Shown here one piece after another: positions 51,246 through 64,000 of a stretch of 64,000 nucleotides of DNA (positions are counted from its first letter, which is position 1; every line of letters begins with the position of its first letter). A model generated the notes under the pieces. That model was not told where the DNA came from and made no database searches. It worked only from the letters and a program-made list of their open reading frames with translations. The stretch lies in assembly GCF_009914755.1 (NCBI RefSeq), contig NC_060928.1; one strand, 5' to 3'. The position numbers and the translations under genes are program-made. This DNA comes from the human T2T-CHM13v2.0 reference genome, Homo sapiens.

Positions 51246-52309
51246 CTATAAATTTCAATTCAAAGGCCAAATTCCTTTCAAAAGGAGTTTTGTGTCTTTC
51301 CCGTTTTCTGTATTGAACTTTGTGTTCTAGTTGCTAACCACCATTTACAGTCCAGAATGTGCAATGAGATGGCAGTCAATGCATAAATAAATACTTGTGA
51401 ACTGCTAATAAGTGTCTTAGAAAAGGACAGTCATTTTCAAGTGTTCATGTCAACATTACCTTATAGGCAAATGTGTTAACAATACACACAGCCTTGATCA
51501 GCTGTGGCTATGTTAGTCAAAATGCAGCTGTGAAGGGATTAAGGAAGGGCTAAATCCTTTCTTAAAAATTGCATTAAAATGTAACACAGAAGAAAAAAAA
51601 ATGAATGAAAGCATGTATGAATTTCCTAAACCTACAACATTTGTGCTGATAGTTCAGACCTGCATTTTAACATTCTACAAATATAGTTACACATATAAAA
51701 TATTTTTATCATTGAAAACCATATTGAGGACAAATATTTACTGACATGGGAAGAACTTTGTAGTAGACTGATAATTTAAAAATCAGGTGAAAAACCAATT
51801 TGTAGTGAATGGTGCCACTGTAGTGGATAAGTGTATATATATTTATTAAAAAGAAGAGAGCTGAGTTGATACGCAGAAGCTGTTAACAGTGATTACCCCT
51901 AGACAGTGGGGTCATGGGTATCTTATGTTACTCTTCTTGCTGACCTTTTTCCTAGTTTTTCTTCAACAAGGTTGCATTGTCTTTTTAATAAGAAAAATAA
52001 ATATTAAACATACTGTATAACAAAAAGTGTTATGATCACTTGTCAGCAACTGAGCCACTGATATTTGCAGTGATCACAGAAGCATGCATGAGAAGCAAAT
52101 AAATAACAATAAATTCCTTGAGGCCAACCTTTCTCAAAGTGTGTTCCTGAAAACACACATTCACAAAATTCTCTGTGAAAAGCATAAACAGGGTTGATTT
52201 TTAAGACCTATAGCCATGTTGGCAACATTTTAAAAAGGACTCTAAATCTTTTGTAAATTCAAAAGGCACTATGGAATGTTCTGCAGTAGAGAAACCTCTA
52301 CAGCAATTT

Positions 52310-52435
52310 CAGTTGTTGACCCTCCAACAATATGGGTATTCTTTGTGAAGTTTTGGGGGAGTCAAAAGTTGCATGAAGATTTTTGCCTGTATGGAGTTGG
52401 TGCCCCTGACTTTTAGGTTGTTCAAGGGTCAACTG
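52310..52435. mobile_element. Tigger2-derived MITE (MER28/Tigger2a-like)
   Basis: Inverted termini gttgaccctccaacaa / ttgttcaagggtcaactg|ta and internal ggagtcaaaagtt. Confidence 0.7.
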
Positions 52436-52508
52436 TACTTATTTGACCACAGATCTATTTTTTTCATGGAACACCCATTAATATTTCATGGTCCCCACTT
52501 TAGGAAAT

Positions 52509-52924
52509 GCCATCTTCGTTCATTTTGTGTTGTTATAACAGATCACCACACACTATGTAATTTATAAAGAAAAATAATTCCTTCTTACAGTCTTGGAGGT
52601 TTAAAAGTCCAATATCAAAGTGCTAGCATCTAAGGAGAGCCTTCCTGTTGCATCATTTCATAGTGGAAGGTGGAAAAGGAAGGTGGAAGGTCAAGAAAGG
52701 ATGCTCCAGAGAAAGCAAGATCAAGAGAGGCCTGAACTCACTTTTATAACAAGCCCAGTCTCATGGTAACTGACCCACTCCCACATTAGCAACAACAATC
52801 CATTCATGAAGGCGGAGCCCTTGTGACCTAACCACCTCTTATTAAGCCCCACCTTCCAACACTGTCACATTGGGGATTTAGTTTACAGCACATGAACTTT
52901 GGGGGACACACTTAAACCATAGTG
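52509..52924 (-). mobile_element. MaLR LTR (MST/MLT1A-type)
   Basis: aagtccaatatcaaagtgctagcatct, ccattcatgaaggcggagcccttgtgacctaaccacctc, catgaactttgggggacacacttaaaccatag. Confidence 0.8.
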
Positions 52925-53407
52925 CCGTCTTCAGTCTGAGAAGAATTTCTGTCTTTCATTGAAGTTCCAAAGGCTTCTTATTTTGATGACTTTGCCTAAA
53001 GAAGGGATTCTACAGCCAAATGCTTTCTTTTTAACATACCGAATGAGTAAAAGTGCAAAATAAGTACAGAACTATCAAACAGCAACAAATGTGCTTCTGC
53101 TGCCTACCACAGAATTTTCCTTGGTAAGAAGAAAACCCTACATTACATTTCTTTTTGGCTTCTGTCTCTGCAGGTAAGAGGAAAGTGGACACCCCACAAC
53201 AAACTACAAGGAGTTTCAATTTTCACCTCCTAGCCCTAATTTCTCAGGGTTAGCCCTCTTCCTGGTCTTTTCCAATCCACTCTCACTTCCTCCAGTTGGT
53301 AGAAATGATGCTTCAAAAGTCCTAATGAGAATTTCCAGAGCTGGATTCCAGCATTAACAGATCAGTAACTGGGTGTTTGGTACCCACAAGGCTAACAATT
53401 TGGGGTA

Positions 53408-53533
53408 CTTTTTTTTAAGAGATAGGGTCTCACTATGTTGCCCAGGCTGGACTTTAACTCCTGGGCTCAAGCGACCTTCTCACCTCAGACTCCGGAGTAG
53501 CTGGGAATACAGGTGCACACAACCACGCCTGGC
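53408..53533 (-). mobile_element. FLAM monomer
   Basis: gagatagggtctcactatgttgcccaggctgg...agtagctgggaatacaggtgcacacaaccacgcctggc. Confidence 0.85.
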
Positions 53534-53579
53534 TTTAAGTACATTTTAATCACAATTTAAAAATCGTAATAAAACAATT

Positions 53580-53910
53580 ACTTTAATGTGGCAAACTGTA
53601 ACAAAATTTGCCATTTTGACCATTTTAAAGTATACAATTCAGTGGCACTATATACATTCATATTATGCAGCCATCACCACCATCCATTTCCATAACTTTT
53701 TCATTACTCCATATAGAAATTATGCACACATTAAACATTAACTCTCCATTCTGATCTCCCCCTAGCCCTTAGTAGCCTTTATATTAGTTTCTGTCTGTGT
53801 GAATTTGGCTATTCTAGGTATCTGATATAAGTTGAATCATACAATATTTGTCACTTTATGTCTGGCTCTTTTCACTTAACATAATTATCCTCAAGGTTCA
53901 TCCAAAACAT
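53580..53910 (-). mobile_element. L1MB-type 3' end
   Basis: ccattttaaagtatacaattcagtggca...catcaccaccatccatttcc...gaatcatacaatatttgtc. Confidence 0.75.
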
Positions 53911-54199
53911 AATATTTTTCACTTAATAATGACTGTTTCATATCAGTGAAAGGGATGATGTTTTCTGTAACTTTTTTCCAAGATAAAGAGCCCAATGCAG
54001 TCCATTTCTTTCCTGACTCTATTTCTGCTGAAATAGCCCTAATCATAATTATTGGTCATCGGGATTGGTAGAATTGTTCAGGACCTCTGTCTGATCATTC
54101 TAAATATATCATTTAAACATGTACCCAGAAAGCATAGTATTTCTTTCTCAGCAGTAAGTCAGGTACTAGAGGGGAAAACATCACACTTAATAACTGGAA

Positions 54200-55600
54200 T
54201 GTCCTCTGTTATAGCCTCAGAGTTGATGATGAATGCAGTCCTGCTCCACTTTGATTCCATCTGGCTCTGGAAGGTGTTTCTGAAGATTTGTGAACAGCAT
54301 TTGAATTTGTTTGTTTTTATTTATATTGTCTTTTTACTATGATGTATAAATATGTCCTGTAATGTCATTGATCTATATGATGAGTGAGACAATCAAGTGT
54401 TAAAATGGAACTTGTTGATTAGGATATTTATACCATAGTTTAGTTTTCTTAAGAAACTCTGACAGACACGATATTTAAAATGACTAAATTTACACTTTGA
54501 CATAAGGCTACTAAAAGGTAGAATATACCATTGAGATATGCCACTTGAAAAAACTACTTTTAAAAAAATGGCATTACTGGTGTCATGAAGAAAAGAAATG
54601 CTTTTATCTCAACCCTGGTTTCAAAAATTTGTGTAAAAATTTTCACCTCAATAAATAGTTTACTTCTGTGTAGAAAAGGAGACTTATGCTTGCTGCCAAT
54701 TTCTTCACAAAGCATGCTTAAAAGATAAACACTTGGGGCCACAGTTTGAATGTATTAACTACTTCACCAACTATTTTCTGGGGACAAAGCAATGCATAAA
54801 GGACATTCATCTTTATCCATGTAAATATTTTCTTGTTGAGCACATACTGCTGTTCATGTCTTTCTAGCCTAAATCATAGTTCACAGAATAATTGTTAACC
54901 ACATGGAAAACCTCCCCTAGCATGGGGTTGGAGCCATAAACTAGCCAATAAGTCATTGAGCACTTTTCTTTCATATATTTCTGCATATTTCTGTCAAGCG
55001 CTGATTGATACTCTGCACACCTGATTCTTTCCAAATGTAAGCCAAGTATCTGCTAGCATGTACTCCTGATAAGACATTGTTCTTCTGTGCTGTATGCCAT
55101 TAATATTATATGATGTACAGTAGTTCACTTGGATTATGAAATTGCCAGTAGCTAATTAAAGTTTCTTCCTGAGCATGGTAATGATCATTAACCTTAGAGC
55201 TGGTTTCAGAAATTTCTTAGTGATAATGTGACTTCTATATTTCTTTTTTTGATGTGTAACTTTGAATAATGTTTATTTAGTTTTAGTCTCTTCTCCATCT
55301 TTAAATGACAAAATTTATCAATTTCATATTAGAAAGCATTATTTTGTGCTTGTTCAGGAAAAATTCAATTGGTTTATCAGAAAGGTCACGGAACTATGAA
55401 AGCAATGCAAAAGCTCCTGTGGCTTCTTGCCATTCTTTAACAAAGTTTTGTAACAGACAATGCAATAGAAACTAGAGGCAAATTGATTGCTGGTCTGATA
55501 AAATCCAATTTTCACATATTCATCAAGATTCACTTGTTTTAGCAAATACAGCTTCATATTTGATATTTGCATTGAATTCCTGTTCCCTGTTTACATTTAC
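54200..55600 (-). mobile_element. Decayed hAT/Charlie (Buster-family) transposase remnant
   Basis: Minus-strand peptides DEYVKIGFY...CIVCYKTLL...KPQELLHCF (BED-finger-like), HCFVPRK (CxxH region) and LCEEIGSKHKSPFLH...FETRVEIKAFL resemble Buster/ZBED5-type transposases; frameshifted. Confidence 0.65.
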
Positions 55601-56121
55601 AGTGTTGTTCTATTTATATTACAATTTTCGTCACTACTTTTATACTTTACTTTTAAATAACTGATTTATTTCTGTGAATTGGCTATCATGACACAATAAA
55701 AAGTCTAAAGCTGACAGATGTAAATGACATTTAAATGTGCAAAATCCAATAGTCAAGGCAAAGTGCACCATTAACTATTAGCTGAAATGAGCAACTTTTA
55801 GGAAGAAGCACAGTGATTATTAAGCATGTGACTAGCTTTCTATAAAACATAATAAGTTAATCTTAACTCTCAAGTTTACAGAATAAACATGAACTAAATT
55901 GTTTCCTTGCTGTTTCCTCCTATAGCTAGCCTGGGAAACACCAATGACCCATAGTCTACCTGGGATCAGCATTTCCCCATATGGTATGATTTTGGGGTAT
56001 TGGGATGGCTGCCTGTCCTCCAAAATAGCTCATTATTTAAAGCCATCAAGTTATTTTTTTCTTCCTGTGACTGCAAGATAGATCTGGCTCATAAAACTCA
56101 AGGCATGTAAGTACTGTGTGA

Positions 56122-56277
56122 ACCAATTGCATAACATGTCCCCACTACTCCGGAGATTGAAGCAGGAGGATCAGTTGAGCCCAGGAGTTCAAGGCTGCAG
56201 CGAGCTGTGATTGTGACTATGAATAGCCACTGCCCTCCAGACTGAGTGACATAGCAAAACTCTGTCTTAAAAAAAAT
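56122..56277 (+). mobile_element. FAM (fossil Alu monomer, 7SL-derived)
   Basis: Contains the 7SL-like tgaatagccactgc segment absent from modern Alu arms; A tail. Confidence 0.75.
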
Positions 56278-58759
56278 ACTCAAGGCAATTTTTATGAATA
56301 TCATGGAGCCTATACCATTAAAGGCAGCCTATAGACATGAGCTGCATATAAAATAGACATAGTCCCTGCCTTCCCAGAGCATGATTCAGATCTTAAATAA
56401 ATAAGCATGAATAAACTGCAAACTACCAACTGTAGTAAGTGCTGAAGGAAAAGAAAGTTAAGAGAGAATAATAAAGTGAAGAAGGGTGTCTAATTTAAAT
56501 TGTTGGGTCAAAGGCAAGCACTGTGTGAGCTCTTTCCTTTGAGCTCCTCCGTCGGAGGAATAATCCACAAGTACTAAATACAGGTACTTAGTATATGCCA
56601 TTTTTCTAATAACATTTGTGTAGTATAGGAATGCCTGCAAATAAAAGATGCTTTTTCTATCATTCATTTACTTTTTTTTAGTGCTTACAATATTAAGACA
56701 TTTTTCTAGACTTGGGGGCAGGGCGGTGCAGATAGGGCACAGGGTGAGTAAGACAGACAAGTTTTCTGTGCTTATGTAGTTTTTGTTCTAGAGGTGAGAT
56801 GTTCCTCTTCAGAATATGGAAAGAGAAAAATATAACTAAACTCTGGAGTAAACTACTTAAAAAGTTTATGAAGTTCACCATGGGGATAAGAAATACACTC
56901 GTGCCCAACAACCCTTGACTGTAGCCAGACTGAATATTTAATAATCTGTTTTTTAAAAGGGCATATATCAATCAGAAGTAGTGATTAGCAATGTAGAATA
57001 TAAATGCTCACATGGAGCTGGTGTAGTAGGTATTACAGATTGTTGACACTAGCCATTACTATCACCTTACTCCTCTTCTGATTGAAATTTGGCCTCAAAT
57101 AGAAATTTGCCTGTGGAGAGAATTATTAATAAGAACTGGATATGCTGTTGGCATTTTGGTCACATGTATTAGTGTTTGGGAAAGTATCTCCATGAATCTT
57201 TACCTGAGGAGACTATAAATTAAGCTGTGAGCCTGCTAGGCCAGGGACTGGCTCTGGATTGAGTGCGGGGCCATCATCCCCAAGTAGTGCCCCCAGGGCC
57301 TGTATTGGGCTGGCCAGGCAGCTTTCCCCTTGAGACTACTGGCTTTAGGGTTAGTTTTTTTTTTTTTCCAATCAGCAATTTGAATTAATCAATTATCAGG
57401 AGATATTTTTGAGATATTTCATCAACTATCCCTAGAAAGACAATAATGATTTAAAATGTCAGACAGGAATGGTTATTTCAAGGCTTCATAAAAAAACCAT
57501 CTTTAAAAGATTGGCTGATATTCCCAAGTGCTATCAAAATAGGCTAGAAAATGTTGGAGCAATTGAACCCACAATTTTTTATCCTTTTATAAATGCAGTT
57601 GCTGTTCTCTAAGGAAGAAGACAGGCTAACGCAGCCAACAGGGTTTTTTTTTTTTCAAATAAATTAATAAATTAAGTAAACAGACATTTCTTTTATTCTG
57701 TCAGCTGAAATAGTGCATAAGATCAAAAAGAAACATTCAGCATTCAGTCTTGTCTCCCTTTCTTATGAAACTGAAAAGAAACAAAATAAGCACATTTGAA
57801 TTTGGTGTAAAGAAGACTATTTATCATAGACAGTTGAATATTACTCATCTGAGACCAAATCTACTCATTTCCAGTTCAGCAAAAATACACAAAGAATTTG
57901 ATAAATATTGAATTACGCTTCAGGGCAACTGCTCATGCTTTTAATATAATCTTTTTTTAAAAAAATTCTTTCCTTCTACTTTGAAATTAAAGTCCATTAC
58001 CAAATATCATTTTAAAAATACATTGTATTTCTTTTTGTCTCATCCTAGGGAAGAGCTGTTGCTTGCTTTTACACCACTACCTTTAGTTATTTTTCTCCTG
58101 AATGAGAGGAAAGAAAGCTTGAACATTTGTAGAAAAAACGCAGCAAAAAGAAGAAAAATAGGCAGACTGTAAAATGATGTGGTCACGTTAGCTATATTGC
58201 ATATACTATTGTTAAGATCATGTGTTTAGAGACATTAACTTAGATTTTGGTAATTATTTTGGAAATTTATAGTATTCAGTTTATGGAGCTTTGTGTAAAA
58301 TGGAGCATACTTAAGCAACTGAAAACAATGATTAGCTTTTCTAAACTTTGCACATTAAGATCATGGGGCATTTTTAAATGTTAGTTTTTTTCATAACAAT
58401 TAAAAAGTCCTCTTTGCATATTTAACTAAAATATGAAAGTGGGAGACAGACACTGCTAACATGTTGTGCATTTCCTCCAGCATCTAAATAAATAAAGATA
58501 GATGTAGATCTAGGAATCACACATTACTAGATTTGATAATGCAAGCAGAAAACCCTCAAATCTTCTGTCTTTCCTATTTTCTACCAAGGCACCTGAAAAG
58601 AGATGCCTCTGTCACAATCCCAGCTTCATGTCATGCCTTTGCTGTCATTTCCTCACCTAATCAACCAATTTTCCCTAGACTATTAATGAAATAATGCTTC
58701 CTTTCTCCATTTATTTAGGACACCATCTTTCTCATAATTTTTTGTGGTTGGTATTCTGA

Positions 58760-59334
<575 letters not shown>

Positions 59335-59339
59335 TTTAC

Positions 59340-61410
<2,071 letters not shown>

Positions 61411-62782
61411 TTCAGGGCATTTTTGTATTATTTTTTCCTTCAAAGACACAACTTTTGGTATACTTATAACTGTAATGGCTTTTATTTAATAATTCTTTAA
61501 TTTTTGTCTTTATTTTTCTTATTTCCTTTTCCTTAAATAATATATTTTGTTTGAGTTCATCTTCACATGCATCCCATTTGTTTTGTAATTTTATATACTT
61601 CTTTTCTAAAGGAGCAATAATTATTGTTTTTATTTCCTTTTTGTCATATAACTTATTTGGGATAATCTCCTTCCCAAATTTCTAAATGATTGCTTTTTTC
61701 CCCTTGTTTAATCATTTGTTATTCATTTTTATTGTATTTTATTACTTTTAGAGAATGTGATCTAAGTTTTAGATTATTTTCTAAATACTGAGTTTTTAAT
61801 GGCCTAATGTTATCAATTTTAGCATATATTCTACAGATCTTTGTCAAAAAGAAATAATCATATTTAGGGTCTAACATTCAAGATATACATGAACATAAAT
61901 AGGTAGATAGATATTAATCTTTTAAATTATAATCTTGGAATTTTTTTGACTACTTGATTTGTCAGGTCATTAATTCAAATGACACAGTTATAAAATGAGA
62001 ATCTTTCTTAGGGGTAACATGTCTAAGCAAGTTGTTATCTACACATAAAGATATTTTCCCTTATATTACTTCAGAATATTTAATATTTTCATTAACTAAC
62101 AATACTTGGCAAAGCATGTGATTAGTGTCTATAACAAGATTGTTTTTTCTCACTGTCAGATTTTAATCCCCTACTTCCCTTTCAACATTGAATACATATA
62201 AACTACGCCAGAATGGTCTTTCTATGTCTTCTTTCTCCAGTAAGCAACATGATGACCGTGGGGTTTTTTGGTGTATGTGGAAGGGGAAGGTGGGTTATGT
62301 TGTGGACTGGCATCTGTGTCATATTTTGTTCTTACCAACCATACAGTTAGAACAAAATGGGCAAGAGTGTAACCTCTGAGTAGGACTTTGGAAAGTACCC
62401 CCCCCCCCAACATCCTTAATCATTATAAGACTTATTTATAGGAGTAAAATAGTTTCTCATATAAAATTTGAAAACAGCATCTGCAATATAATCAGGCAGG
62501 AGGAAAATGGTATATTTAATCACATCACTCCAAGGCAACCATTAATAACTAGTTTTGCTTCTTTCCTTCTAATATTTCTTCTAGAATTGTTTTACATAAT
62601 TGAGACTCTTCTGCTATTATATAATAGGCATTTTCCATTATTAAAAATTATTTAACAGAATCATGTTTAAATGCCTTGACAATATACTATTATTTACTTA
62701 ATATTTCTTTAATATTAAACTGGCATTTCCAATATCTTTGTATTATTAATTATGCTTTGGTGAATTTGTTTTCTTTCTATCC

Positions 62783-63061
62783 TTTTTTTTGTTTTGTTTT
62801 GAGATAGAGTCTTGCTCAGGCTGGAGTGCAGTGGCGCGATCTCAGCTCACTGCAACCTCCGCCTCCCAGGTTAATGTGATTCTTCTGCCTCAGCCTTCCA
62901 AGTAGCTGCGATTACAGGTGCCCACCAGCATGCCTCGCTAATTTTTGTATTTTTGGTAGAGACAGTGTTTCACCATGTTGGCCAGGTTGGTCTCGAACTC
63001 CTGACTTCACGTGATCTGCCTGCCTCAGCCTCCCAAAGTGCTGGGATTACAGGCGTGGGCC
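62783..63061 (-). mobile_element. AluS
   Basis: Dimeric Alu with a small deletion near the tail end. Confidence 0.88.
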
Positions 63062-63071
63062 ATAAGTAACA

Positions 63072-63233
63072 CAGTGGATCCCTAACTTTTGGGTGCATCC
63101 AAAAGCCCTGAAAGGCCTCATTCCCCAAGTTTCAGGTTCAGTAAAAGTCTGAGCGTGGCCAAATAATTTGTATTTCTAACATTTCAGGTGATGTCAATGC
63201 TGCTGGTCCAGGGACCAAACTTGGAGAATCACT
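63072..63233. mobile_element. MER5A
   Basis: cagtgg...atttgtatttctaaca...caggtgatgtcaatgctgctggtccagggaccaaacttggagaatcactg. Confidence 0.8.
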
Positions 63234-64000
63234 GTAATAATGACATGTAAGGATTTGTTTCAATAATTTCTGAAAAGCAATGCTTCTTCCTTCTATTGTT
63301 GTTTCCATCTTTGATAATGCAGGGAAAAATAATACTTATTTTAGATTAGAAAAGGAAGTAGTAATGTCTATTAAAGGTTTTTAAAAATCTTTTAGTCATT
63401 GGCTTTTGCTAACTCGTTTGCACTGATTGTGGAATCTTACTGGAACCATTTGACCCTGGAGCTACATCACTATACAGCTGGTCTCATTTTTTTTAAGTCA
63501 CCTGCCCTCATTTAATTCATTTCCTTTGGTGTTTTCCTTCCTGTGGAAAGTCTCTGACATCTGTCCTACATACTTCCTTATGAATACAAAAGCTCATCTT
63601 TTTTATTTTTAAGTTTTATGAGTCAATTACTCTTACCCTTTTTGTATTTGTGATGTTTTCATTCCTTATGTTTTCAAAAGACACTCTAGTCTATAATTAT
63701 TTATGATTGCTCTTTAAAAAAATTTTTAAACATCTTTTACTACATTCTGTTGACATATTTAGGTCTGAGCCTAATGTCAAATACTAGCAGCAGATGACTT
63801 CTCACTTCACTGGCACCATCATGTGGTGAAATTGTGCGCTACATCGAAACATTTGCCAACATGGTGCCATTTCATCACATCTTATGTATAGATAACACTG
63901 AAATTGGAACTATCATAATAAGTTAGGGAATCTGAAATAATCCTGTTACTTTAGTAAATTCACAGAAAAGTAAGCACCAATGATTAAGTATGTGGACACT

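Noticed and set aside
57280-57305. CTCF-like motif (gtgcccccagggcc)
   Set aside because: About four mismatches to the core; not supportable from sequence alone.

Overview
Primate (human-like) genomic DNA. The first ~13 kb holds the 3' end of SMAD1 on the + strand: three MH2-domain coding exons (515-736, 7597-7853, 11603-11746, ending ...[11 protein letters not shown]) and a ~1.25 kb 3' UTR with miR-26/30/144/155 seed sites and an AATAAA at 12956. The remaining ~51 kb shows no recognisable gene and is dominated by retroelements. These include three full-length but dead LINE-1s (L1PA15-like +, L1PA6-like +, L1PA5-like -), two THE1 LTRs, many Alus, MIR/L2, MER DNA transposons and a hAT/Charlie transposase remnant. 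Almost all ORFs in the supplied track are repeat-derived or spurious, and I see no new protein-coding system. The most interesting signals are: (1) a perfect 213-bp shared tract, plus two shared point variants, between two inverted L1s that are otherwise ~10% divergent, pointing to ectopic gene conversion; (2) a tailless retrocopy of the 5' half of initiator tRNA-Met with target-site duplications, whose mismatches fall on modified G positions; (3) apparent short 3' transductions on an Alu and on an L1; (4) a retained L1 ORF0. Repeat subfamily names come from remembered consensus features, and repeat boundaries are approximate unless TSDs are given.
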